A stretch of DNA of 64,000 bases, taken from contig NC_134026.1 of the NCBI RefSeq assembly GCF_964204645.1, positions 3,991,950 to 4,055,949 of the forward strand, given 5' to 3'. Below, piece after piece: positions 13,401-24,853 of the stretch. Position 1 is the stretch's first letter; every line of letters starts with the position of its first letter. This stretch comes from Tubulanus polymorphus (taxonomy: Eukaryota; Animalia; Nemertea). Under the pieces are notes generated by a model. The model searched no databases and was not told the DNA's origin. It saw only the letters and a list, made by a program, of their open reading frames with translations. The position numbers were made by a program, and so were the translations under genes.

Positions 13401-14541
13401 TTTTTGGGAACGCGGCGAATGTTTTAAAGATTTCACTTGTCCATTTCTGCACGGATATCCCACGTAAGTGTCGAATTTGAACTCACCCAATTACGATGAT
13501 GATTCTAATAGATAATGATATTAATGTTCATGATGCAGGGGTGGATCCACGGGGGAATTGTGAGACTTGTATAAGTCCATCAAAATTTTTGAGTGCCCTT
13601 TTCTATTTTGTTGACACAGATGGTTGGTGCTCCCATTTCAGTGCAGGAGTGCACCTAATGTTGCCTTTATAGACATCAAAGTGCCCTTTTGGCGTGTGAA
13701 AAGTCCTTCAAAATTGGCCTCTGGATACACCTCAGATGACGTTTCACCATTAAGTCAAAATATTCATATGCAATGTACGGGTATTTTGAGATAACTTATG
13801 TCGCACATACTACAGTACTATGCAGGACTCTACCAACCCACTAACTGTTATCATAGAGTCAAATGCTTTACCAACTCTCCCATGATTGCGTTAAACTCTG
13901 TATATGAATGCGTTCGAATCGTTGACCTTAAACTGACGAATGAAAAATTTACATTTTGATTGCTTCCAGTGTGAATATGTTTGATGACACAGATGGAGAG
14001 CAATACTCAGATGACTCAGGAAATGTTACACTAGATGCTGATGTAAGTAGTTAAATTACGCATTTTAAATGTATGACTGCGACAGATGTTACGCATTGAA
14101 ATTGCTTTTTCAATGTTGTCTTTTCAAATTGATATTTGAATAGCATTTGTTAACCCTTTGATGTCTCAGCAGTCATTTTCGTTTGAAATTAGGGAATAGA
14201 AATTTCATTTTTGATGACTAATGCCTGGTATATGATAGAAATGTCTAAAACAAGCAGGAAATGTTTTGTTTGGATCATTGATTTTCTGAGTTCAACGTTT
14301 TTTCACAAGAAAAATAATACAAAAAGCTTACAGAAATATTTGGAAAGATTTATGATTAAATCATGATTTATACCGATGACTTTTTCAGGATATTCTCAGT
14401 TTTGATATACCGGTCAGCCATCACTTACAAGGAGGCGGTTCTTCTCGCAAGAAACACGTGCCGTTGTTCAAAAGACGAAACGGCAAGAAAAATCGCTCGA
14501 CGCCGTCTGCCGATATCGTCAGTAAAGACGGAGATATATGA
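7489..14541 (+). CDS. KIAA0232: KIAA0232 (DUF4603)-family protein with C-terminal tandem CCCH zinc fingers, 8 coding exons, about 1542 aa
   Basis: Phase-consistent exons 7489-7791, 8400-8466, 8544-8616, 9091-12775, 12889-13003, 13304-13463, 13970-14042 and 14389-14541 (4629 nt). The N-terminal blocks IQAWLGRELELRGIDAMIYTRYILSIL, KKTAAVECLLSVTDE-GSGIESLVEE and YYEAFPPL match the KIAA0232 N-terminus as I recall it (VQTWLGQELEKCGIDAMIYTRYVLSLL...KKQAAVQCL...SGIETLVEE). An in-frame TAA at 7447 fixes the start at 7489 or 7507. Confidence 0.88.
8827..8878. mobile_element. Perfect 52-bp palindromic mini-element in a KIAA0232-like intron
   Basis: 22-bp perfect arms accatggacgtataaactagat / atctagtttatacgtccatggt with an 8-nt loop. 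Taking CATGG...CCATG (8829-8876) as the element, the flanks gtggtac / gtgggac form a 6/7 candidate TSD. Confidence 0.65.
13304..13463 (+). other. Exon encoding two C3H1 (CCCH) zinc fingers
   Basis: KPCSFFMEGNCRRKGCRFSH-DLSTIT-CRFWERGECFKDFTCPFLH, i.e. C-x7-C-x4-C-x3-H and C-x7-C-x5-C-x3-H with conserved aromatic positions. Flanked by tttgtAG and GTaagt. Confidence 0.9.
13536..13735. mobile_element. Degenerate hAT-like MITE in an intron
   Basis: Imperfect TIRs caggggtggatcca / tggatacacctcag, internal gtgccctttt repeats, and similar flanks (atgatg / atgacg). Confidence 0.45.
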
Positions 14542-15189
14542 CTGTCGAAGTATAGCGTTAGCTGGTGATTATTATTGACAATAGGATTCTCTGTGTACAC
14601 GAACCTTATAAGAGTATATTTCACGTTGATTGCTCTGTAAGTATAAACCCACCTCATAGCTTAGTGAGTCATCGATTGAGTACGGATCATGCGTGCTGAT
14701 CTACTGTTACATCAGACATTGGTGAATGTAGTGATGGTGATGACGACGGCAGCAGTAGGGTGGAGACGGCCGCAATGAAAATGAAACAGAATGTAGAATA
14801 AAATAAACGGCGACTGTGATATAATAGGGGGGATGAAGTATACCGAAATATTGCTGAAATGATTTATGCGGGCGCCGATGTTTCCTGTGTTAGAACCGAA
14901 CCGAGAGGCCAGTTTCACGGATCAAGCTGATCCGGATTCATTTCAATCGTCGAAATAATTTGAATTTACGAAAAATGACGCGGTTGTTATCGTCCGGCGG
15001 TGGTAGCTTCAATTAGAATTTGGTTGTTGCGCGCGTGAAATTTGACCGAGAGATTAATTTATTTCTTCTTCCGAGGTGATAACGAAACAGGAAACAGCGA
15101 CGCTCACGCGTAAACGGAAAATGGCGATGTCTTGTTATTTATTGTAAGAACTCGTGTAACGGTTCTTAATCAAACTTCATTACGTTTAA

Positions 15190-15411
15190 CCTCTTGACTA
15201 CCGACCAATTTGATGTAACCCTGTAGATACCGGAGGATGATCTTTCATGAGCTTAGATTTTCTTCGGATGAAAAACTTGCAACTAGTAAGGCATGCCATA
15301 GTCTAATACATTGCGTGACAGACTGTCTGTCAGGGTCTCAGAAATCAGATGTTCACGCTAGTAAATAGTCTGTGACATCAGATATTTCAATAGCGGAAGG
15401 TAGACGAGAGG
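15190..15411. mobile_element. piggyBac-like MITE
   Basis: TTAA|cctcttgactacc ... ggtagacgagagg|TTAG: 13-bp TIR (11/13) with a TTAA-type target site. Confidence 0.6.
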
Positions 15412-15879
15412 TTAGTCATATGTAGCTGTTCCATTTATTCGTATCGGTAGTATGAACAAAAAAAACATTAAAAACGCATCTGTGATATATGTTTAGATGA
15501 ATCGATTTAGTTCGAAACGGTTTGTTATTGTGTAAAAATGTGTAAAAAATTACGCGCGACGCTGAGGCACATTTGCATTGAAAGAAAATAATGCTATAGA
15601 TGTATATGTCTCTTTTGTGTACGGAAAAAAAGTGTATTGAATAATATTGATTATTTTGTTCTCTTTAATGTATTTTTCGTTTCATGTCATTATTGTGAAT
15701 ATGATGAAATCCGTAGATATATATATATATATATATAATGAAAGTGTTTATTGAAAGATTTATTCTAATCGGTTGTAGTTGTAGCTATTTAAGATGCCAA
15801 CTATTATTCTTATTCATGTGATAGAAAGAGCTGTAACTTATCTATATTATTGTTATATGCGTATAGGTGTATGGCAAGG

Positions 15880-15991
15880 TAGACTCAGTTCCAGAGATTC
15901 GAAGTTCCTAAGTGGCCTTAGCTCAATCAGTCGAATGTACGTGAATTTCTGAAACGAGCTAAGTCTCAGTTGACTCTGGAACCTGACCCTG
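15880..15991. mobile_element. Degenerate MITE with nested inverted repeats
   Basis: gttccagag / ctctggaac (outer) and cttagctc / gagctaag (inner) inverted pairs. Confidence 0.4.
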
Positions 15992-17744
15992 CCGTGGGTA
16001 TGGAAGGATTCTGGTTTTAAGAATGAAACAAGATTTTATTGAAGAAATTTAATGATTATGAAGTTGATTTTCCAGAATTCTGCAGATTCTTCCTTTCACA
16101 TGTATTTATTTGGCATTGACTGTTGATTACAATCTTTCCAAGTCCGAAACCGTGTTTTTGTCTAAAGGGACTTGTCTGCAATTAGTTTCACAATGTTGAT
16201 CTATTCATAAGATACTTTCTGCTGTCGATAGCTTGAAGCGAGTGTTTTCACATTCAAATATTTATCTTCTGAAAACCTATGTAGGATAAAAGAATAACCC
16301 GAGCTTTAGTTGTGGAAATGGGAATTTCAACGATAGGCTTTCTGGTGTCGTATGATTGCTTGCTTGCAAGTTTCACTAATCGGGCATTACGCAGATTGCT
16401 GCTAGGGGATCATCCCTTCCATTACGTGTGATAGAGATGCTTGAAAATCCGTTAGTACAAAAGGGATCGAAAAGTGGGGTTAGAAATTTTATGATAAAGG
16501 AACGATTTCCAATTCTTCACTTTGAATTTTAGATATCACCTGTCTCCTGTATTTCAAACATTGTTTTGTGTAGTTTTCTTTTCGCTGATCGCAATGTCAA
16601 CAACACCAACAACAATTCACATTTGTGCTCTTTTCAATCAAATTCCTTTCCAAATATTATTTATGATATTCGTTTAACTCGTCGTTCGTGCGTTGCGAAT
16701 AAGCGTTTTTACGCATGACGCGACGTTTCATTGGAAATAGTGCTTACTACAGTAACTACCACTGCTTCGTGGATATAAATATAAAAAATTGTGTGACATA
16801 TGTTTAAAAAACACAACAAAAATAATCAAACGACGATGATATTAACGATAAATATGTGTATGATGTGTGAAGTGACGGTGAAAATCTTGCGTAACTTCTA
16901 AAAAAAAAAACAGAACTAGTGTGAATCTGCTGTTAGGGCAGAATCGATTTTTCATCGGGAAATATATAATATCGTAATATCTTGCTCAATGTTTATTACA
17001 CGTGCAATTGTGTGCAATCTGCATTATTTGTTTTTATAAAAGATACGTAGCACGCGTTTTATGTCGTTCGGGCCCTGTTTTTCATGAGCAGTTTTTCGAA
17101 GAAAAGTACTAAATTTTGATCTACTGTGTGTGCTTTTGATTCGAGTACTTCACACTTTCATAGAGAGTCTACTCTTGTGAAACTCGAAGCCATAATGTTT
17201 GTATGCGAATATGACGCCTTTGTTTTTGATGAGAGTGTTTTTGAAATTTATGCTACGATATTCGATATTATCCGCTTCTAGTCGACTACTTTTCAAAGCT
17301 TACTTACTACTTAATTTTCGTGTAAAAACATTTTAACCGATCGTACATGAAAAGCATGTCTCACAGTGAATGAATGAAAAACGAAATGCGTAGCGAAATG
17401 AATACAAGTTTGTGAGAGAACTCGCTGCCTGTTTTGAGATGCGATCTGAAAGCATTCTACCTTGAAGAATATCTGTGAAAGGTTTTTGTGAAGATGAATT
17501 TGTGATTCACCCGATAGAGGTTACACATCAGTTTTAGAGTTCTATTGTAAAATCTAGCTTCGATGGGGATCATATACATTTATTACTGGTACTTATTCAG
17601 AATTTGAGTTACTTATGCACGACTCTCAAATTCATCACCTTCACTCAATACAGTTGTCGCATTCTTTCAGGGGAAGGATCTGGGGCCAACACAAATCCAT
17701 GGCCCATCATTGGGATTTTGCTCCAACGACTTGTTTTCTTAATG

Positions 17745-17885
17745 CAGTAAACCTTGCCTAACTCGGACCAGCTGGGACCCGGAAATTGGACCGTGGTAAA
17801 CTAAAGCCTGGGTTAAGGATAGGGAAATACATTAGCAAGCCACAAAAATTATTTCGTTTTTGTCCGATTAAGGGGACGTTTACTG
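17745..17885. mobile_element. Tc1/mariner (pogo/Tigger-like) MITE
   Basis: Ends CAGTAAAC...GTTTACTG followed by TA, with subterminal ctaactcggac / gtccgattaag similarity. Confidence 0.5.
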
Positions 17886-18061
17886 TACGTCTCTCGGGAC
17901 GGGCAGCAAGACTTGATATGTTACATGTTCACCTTGTTAATGAATGTTCATTGTTGTTTGTTGTTGAAGTTTCTATAACCTGTATCGTTAGACTAATTGT
18001 ATGACAAAAAAAACGCCACGTAAACTGCATAAAAATTAGTGACCAATCAAAGATTACCTAC

Positions 18062-18245
<184 letters not shown>

Positions 18246-19551
18246 CGTGTGCACGATGTGTGTGTGTGTGTGTTGTATTTTCACCTTAACTTAATTTCGG
18301 AAAAATTTATATAAATTTTTATGCTGTTTGTCTTGTGCGAATGCCAAATCCAGCCGCAAGGCACTGAAAACATTTAAATAACATTGACTTCGTGTAAAGA
18401 ACAATATTGGATTTTAACTCATTTAAATTCATATTTATTTGCATTTTTTTCATTCTCAAGATGTATCTTTGATATTAAATTGGTTGATAGAATTAGTTTT
18501 TAACACAGATGCTTTTGTTCGCACTTGGCTGTCTTATAAACACACTGTATACTAATTCTAGTAGATTTTGTGGTAAAGATAATATGAAAATATTGATGAT
18601 ATATATATAAATATATGTATATATACGAATATCATTTACATTTTCTACGATTGATTTTCGACGTTTATCAAATTTCGATTCATGTGAAGTGTATGAATTA
18701 AAAGATTTTTTATTTCTCGGACAAAATGTCGTTCATAGGAATGAACGCATGTGTGGGTGTTTTTTTGGTGTCAGCTTGTTTTGATCGTAGACTACACGGT
18801 TGTAGACAACTAGCGTAGTCTAGGTTTTTGCAAGTGTTCGATGTGTTTTAAATAGATGCAGTATAATATTGTAATCAATATACTGAATACAAATTGTTTT
18901 GTATAAACTCTAATATCTAATCAACAGCTTGAAGAAATACTACTCGTCAAACTTTAATGTAAATCTAGACTTAGACTTGTAGAATTTCTTCCCGAATTTA
19001 TTTTTCGTTTGTATCATTCGTTCTGACGAATCAAAACTGCGGCTAATTTGATTTTTCAAAAGCTGAAAATAACCGAACTACAAGCATGGATGTCAGATGA
19101 ACTTATTTATCCATGGCTATGGAGACTGTTTTATAAGTCTCAACTACTGTTGACACTTGTGATGGTTCTCTTGTTTCTTTGTGACTCTGCATGTATATCA
19201 AAAAGTGGTAACCTTATGACAGCAGTTGCTGGAGAACTTTTCTACGAATGTTAGCGAGTGGTTTTACTATTTGCCAATGAACTCGAGAATTTCTTTCATC
19301 TTTATTTTTTCGAAATTCTTGATTTACCGCAAAAAGATTTTTCTTACGTTTATACATATGCCATACGGGTGAAGACAAAACCATTGTAATCTAGTTTGTC
19401 ATCCGAAAACTACCGGCATGCCAGGGTGGTCGATATTAGAAAAAGGTCAGATTCTGTTCGTCAGAAAACCAACCTGATATGATCTACTTATGTATAGAAC
19501 TGCCTTGGGTACCGTCAGATTTATAGGGAGACTAATTTGTCATTGAAGAAA

Positions 19552-19656
19552 GATGGCCACCCTGATGATTTGTAAGACACCATAATGTCAGATATACGAA
19601 TTTCTTCATTAAACAATGATGGCCGCACTGATGATTTGTAAGACATCGTATTGTCA
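19552..19656 (+). repeat. Two imperfect 39-bp direct repeats
   Basis: gatggccaccctgatgatttgtaagacaccataatgtca (19552-19590) and gatggccgcactgatgatttgtaagacatcgtattgtca (19618-19656). Confidence 0.8.
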
Positions 19657-22534
19657 TCAAGTTATCAACGCATCATATTTAGATCGTTTATTTTATGCAT
19701 ACTTGTAAGCGTCAATTACGTAACTGTGCGTGTTGATAATGGGACAAGCCCTCGTTGAACCTTGCATAGATTTGATTGAAATGATGAATGAATTGAGGTT
19801 CAATAACAATATTTAAACAGGATTATTATTTCCGGTGGCTGATGAATAAAAAAGGGGCTTTGTTTATCTAAAAATATGTACATGAAATGAAATCTCAGGA
19901 ATAATGAAAGCCTGGGAATTACTGTACGCGTATACATAAGCCGTTCTAATTTATTTATTAAATAGCGTTTGGGTTAGTAACTGAATGAAACTAGTGTATT
20001 TTTGATCACTATCGGATGCTCAAAATTTGTTGAAATTGAGAAAATTTAGGCTTCATCAATGTAAAGATCTAGTACGCTTCGTTTAGATTCTGGCGCACTT
20101 TTATCTAGGCGACATCGTTTTTGATATTCTTGCTTGAAAATTTTGCTCAACGAACATAAAGATGAGTCAATTCTGTTGAAATAAATGCCTAAGACTGAAT
20201 ATAGATTACAGGATTTTTATACGACTTGTACCTGATGAAATTTGGGTAAAAATCTACCGCAAAAACTTTAGTGGCCATATCAGGGCTAGAAAAAGCCCAT
20301 ATGAGGAGGTTCTGTATAACATACCAGGCTACTTAAGACACATGTATTGGTACTTATGATTTGTACCAAGAATTGGATTCTTCGGCATTCTTGGTTTTTT
20401 TTTTTTCTAGAAAAGAGTATTAACCTATCGTAATTCAAGAAATATAAATCTAGAAGACCGAGTTATCAAATTCAATTTGACAGGTATAACTTTGATGAAT
20501 TGTATATTGTGTATTTTGGTAAAAATAACATTTTTTCATGTGTAAAATCAGTCGGGCAGTACCGGTAAATTTGGCTCTACCGTAAATGTTGACTGTCGAT
20601 TTATAATAACTGATTTCTAGAAAGTCACTCCCCAATGAAAGACCCATAAAGGGCTAAAAACGCACTAGGTGATTTATAATAGGTTTGAAGATTGTATTGC
20701 AAGTTTTTGAGTGATTAGTTTAGGTATAAACTACTAGTGAAAATATACGTGTGTTGAATTACAAGTCCTTACAACTCTTTTTGTGGGATTTTTCAAAAAA
20801 GAAGGCATTGTTTTGGAGGAAATATGATTTTGCGTCGATGAAGCTCCTATGTGAGGAATCCTTAACGTGTGACGATTGAATGAGTTGTACAAATTTCATT
20901 ATGGGTTTCGGCAACTTTTGGAAAAATGTTGAAATATTATGTAATAGAAAATGGTTAACACCGAATATGTACATCTCTGTATTAAAGAATTTTCAAGGAG
21001 AATAAAATACAAGTACAATTGAAACAAAGCACTGGTCTGGAATTTTAGTATGAATTGTCGTTACTGGGTAGTGTGCTGGAACTAATTGATTGGCCTTGAC
21101 CCTATCATCACATTCGAGGAATCAGAGCAGGGAAATACGTGATTATGAGCATGAGCATGGCAGCTGTTGCCGAGGCCAGTATTTCCTCTGGCAAACAAAT
21201 GACAGAATTTCAGACAGTTTCCTCAAATGCATTGTATGTGAATGTATGGTGTGTATCGGTCTCCTATAATTAGGAATGATGTCTGGACGATCCATTGTCG
21301 TGATTGGCCTGCATCCAGCTTCATCCACATTTCACAGCATTCAACTTTCACAATACAATCGTTTGGGAAAAAGCAATTCATCTGTGGTCTTGAAACATTT
21401 TGAAAAGTCGTCCTTTCATGTGTGAATAATGAATTGTAACCATGTATTGACAATCTGACCAATCCAGCTCCGGCCCTGCAGTACGACAACTGTGACTGCT
21501 GTGTTCACGTGAAACACATGTGATATTGCGAACAGTGGAATTATTCCCAGAAACGAGAATAATCAGAATCAATACAATAGCGCGAATAACAAATAACAGA
21601 TGGTACGGTAACTGAACAATTCCTATAATCGGGCCCGAGAATAGACTTTAAATTACTGGCCCGCACTCAATCCTAGAACGCAATGTTTGAATAATCTGAA
21701 AATTAGGTTATCATTAAGGTCAGCAGTGTTATGATTTTAAGTCCAACAGTTCAGCAGAACTAAGCCATGCATTTAATAATAAACTATTCGTGCAATAATT
21801 TCCTTAAATAGAATATACGTTGTAATGTGCATTAACCTGAAAATCCTAGATTTGACAATGCCTAGAATGAAATCAGTCAAAATTCAAATTTGAATTCCAA
21901 TTGTGTCTTTATTTTTGATGTCAGACATCGTGAAATAAACTGTTTAAAACACAAAGGTTTCGTTAAACAAGAGAAGATTTGCGTATGAATAAATATGGTA
22001 TTATATATGTATATATATGAGACAATGTGTTAATCAAATCAAATTGTAATTATTCGAAAAGGCTAAGATAAAATGATACCTTGTTCCTCAGAAATCGGCC
22101 AGGTCATTTTGTATACTGTGATAAAATTGGTAATCAGTACATATCTATATCTGTTTAAGTTAGCTTGATCATTAAAAGAGAAACAAGGTATCGACTTATT
22201 TTTGGCCTAAGGTTAAATTGTTTTTTTCTAATTGATTAATTTCCTAAATGCATCAAATGGTTAGCGATAATATTCAAACGTGAGTTGTTGCAGAGGAGAA
22301 AACGTCATTACGAGTCAAGACATCATAAAATACATGTATAGCAGTGTAGCCTATATATACCAAACAACCTGATTATACAAAATGGTCCTCGTTTCATCGT
22401 CTGGGTATCAAAATCTACATCCCGACTAACATCAGTGACAGTATCTGCCAAGTATCAATGATCAACAATGGAAATACTGAATAAAGTTCTCAGGAGTTAG
22501 AAAAACATATCCAGTCCAAGTAACAATGACCTAG

Positions 22535-22682
22535 GGACCCAGTTTCAAGAAAAAGTTTAATTTAAGCCAATTTGTCCGTTTGCTAAAATTCACAATATCG
22601 TATTACCGCAATTCACAATTAATAAACAAAATCAAAAACTTCAACCATTTCACAGCTTAAACTTCCAGGTGAAACTGGGTCC
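22535..22682. mobile_element. PIF/Harbinger-like MITE
   Basis: Perfect 13-bp TIR ggacccagtttca / tgaaactgggtcc, with inner aagtttaa / ttaaactt. Confidence 0.6.
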
Positions 22683-22781
22683 AGATGACAATTAAAAAAA
22701 TTTTGAGCGCCGAAATGATGAGATCACCAATTGGAATGTCGAAATAATGCATAACACAGGATTTGCGCCGCGTGTACTGCT

Positions 22782-23498
22782 TCAGCAAAGATGCATCGAA
22801 ACAAAGTTTTCGCGGTTCTTGAAAATTCCCCAAGCCGGATTGTTGTCATCAGGTTGTTTTCCGTCCGCCCCAGTCGTTTTCTTTTCCGCAACAATTTTTC
22901 CTCCACCAGTCATCGATGGCGATGTCGCCTTGTAATCACTGCTGAGAACGACATCATTTTGCCTCCTGAAAAAAAAAGAATCAGATTAAGATAGTTTCTA
23001 CGTTATTTTCTACACTTGATATTGCCGATATTATCTGGACCATTTTGCAGGCCGACCTCGGTAGCTCAGTAAGATAAGGCGTGATGCTGTAGCATCCAAC
23101 TGAGTGACAAGTGGGTTCGAGTCCTGCCGACTGCTTACAGTGTGCGGGCAACACTTTAAAAGCCGTGGTCCCGTCGTAAGGTTAAATGAACAATCAAATA
23201 GGGTTAGTCTTGGGAAACCAAGATCCAAGCGACGTAAAGCCAAAACAAACAAGCAACCGCGACAAGTTTAGAGTTTTCCGGAGGAAAATATGCTCACCTT
23301 TTTATCAAATCGAGATGACTGATGGGGAAGCTCACGTTTTCTGTAAAAGGCTTCATGATCCGCAATACTTTGCTCTTGAGTTCTTACGTTTAACTCTTTG
23401 GCAATCTAAATTATAGCCTTTACAAGCCGGCTTTTTAAAGTGTTCTTGGTACTGCTGCAACCGCAAAGCGGTGTCACTTGCTGCCACAGCCACTGTCA
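22782..23498 (-). CDS. Candidate small secreted/prepropeptide-like gene, last three exons; 5' end uncertain
   Basis: Exons 23498-23388, 23340-23298 and 22965-22782 join in phase: (x)TVAVAASDTALRLQQYQEHFKKPACKGYNLDCQRVKQNVSFPISHLDLIKRRQND...AWGIFKNRENFVSMHLC*. Acceptors are strong (ttaacttacAG, ccttttacAG, T9-cAG) and so are the donors (GTaaga, GTgagc). One intron is only 47 nt, shorter than typical here. Confidence 0.4.
23051..23258 (+). mobile_element. tRNA-derived SINE
   Basis: A-box tagctcagtaag (23062-23073) and B-box ggttcgagtcc (23114-23124), a non-tRNA body, and a gcgacgtaaagcc(aaac)n-type tail. No clean cloverleaf. Confidence 0.75.
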
Positions 23499-24215
23499 CT
23501 GTAAGTTAAATGAAAACGTGTAAATCAAGCAAAGCAAAATCTCCACGCTATTATAGGCCTAAATAAAAGCTTTTCGCAAAAATTTGGCAGAATAAAATTA
23601 AGGTAAGTTTTCTTAATGTTTTCATCTATTAGCCCACCCATTCCGGGGCAGGCCTATGTTGGAATTTCGATGACAAGTCTAATTTTGGGCTCGTTTTGCA
23701 TATTTGCAACACATACACAAACCTAAACCAATCAACATAACTCTGGTCTGGCAATGGTTGGGAATTCTAAATCTTGATTTGATACAGTATCCTAGTGAAG
23801 CGTACCACCTTTCAAATTCCCTTTTTAGGTGGTAGGTCTACCGAATCTTAGATTTGGGACCCCCAGCTATTGCGACAAGCCCCTCTTGTGGTTGACAAAA
23901 ATGCACTGTGTTCTGCTGCTGCACCACTGGCACTGACTGTCCAACTTTTCCAGCCATCTTTTGTTTTTGAAAACCTTTTTAATTCACATCACTCCCAGTC
24001 TACGACTTGCAACGAGCATCAATTTAAAATCATCTAACACCCGCCACACAGAATTTAGAATACTAAATTTAGTTCATTATTATGGAGCCTGTCCTGAAAA
24101 TTACACTTACCAAAATAAAATTAAGCACACAGAAAATACAACGATTAGGCGCACGTCTTTACACTACTACTTCAATCCACTGAATGCGGGTTATGTGTAT
24201 ACGTGCGATGACAGA

Positions 24216-24223
24216 TGACGTCA
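24216..24223. promoter_or_regulatory. Perfect CRE palindrome upstream of the candidate minus-strand gene at 22.8-24.2 kb
   Basis: TGACGTCA about 30 bp upstream of a TCAGT Inr-like motif (~24180, minus strand), which is followed by a GTAAGT donor at 24110. Confidence 0.35.
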
Positions 24224-24853
24224 TATCGACCTAGTTCCAGGAAGAGCTAGGAAACGAAATCATTATATAGGTCACACAGAACTGGTAAACAACAATGATA
24301 AATAGGCCACCATTTTAAACTGCAAATGCAAAATAGATTTTATCATCAAAATGCTGGGGTTAAAATGAATGCTTATTTTCATTATTCTGATTAATGAACG
24401 CAATATCGATAAAGAATTAATGTTTCAAGGATTCGAACCTCGGTCGCAATTCAATTCAATTCAATTCAATGATTTCGAAATGGCTGACTATTCAGCGGCG
24501 AGAAAGGGTAGCTCCGAGAATATCGAAATTACGGTAGCGCTCTCAAACCGGGAAGCTCCGTATCCATCTCAGGTAATCATCTTATTTGTTCACAAAAACG
24601 CTCAATTACTTCATAATTGTGCAAAATGAATTATAATACATATAGATTTATAGTCAGTGCGTTTTGCAGTCTTCTAGCACGACATTAGACTGTAACTGTC
24701 TTATCAGCCGAGAAACGGCTGTACCACAACCAATAAGGCAAAGTTCAACAACATCGTTTTATATATAGACTTCATTTATTGAACAGAATTGGTTATGAAC
24801 AAATAAATAAATACGTTTTCTTCAAATATTCCATCTGAATAGCTTAATTTCAA

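Noticed and set aside
14539-14568. Stop-codon readthrough (TGA CTG)
   Set aside because: Not the UGA-CUAG motif, and the short extension has no targeting signal.
15217-15238. aaccctgtagatacc resembles miR-10/miR-100
   Set aside because: The match covers only the first ~11 nt, there is no complementary arm, and it lies inside a piggyBac-like MITE.
19552-19656. CRISPR-like repeat-spacer or box C/D snoRNA
   Set aside because: Only two imperfect copies in a eukaryotic context, with no terminal stem or host intron evidence.
23051-23130. tRNA gene
   Set aside because: A and B boxes are present but there is no proper acceptor or anticodon stem, and a SINE body and tail follow.
24480-24572. Plus-strand first exon MADYSAARKG...PSQ|gt
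   Set aside because: No in-phase downstream exon found before the 3' end of the opposite-strand ShKT gene.
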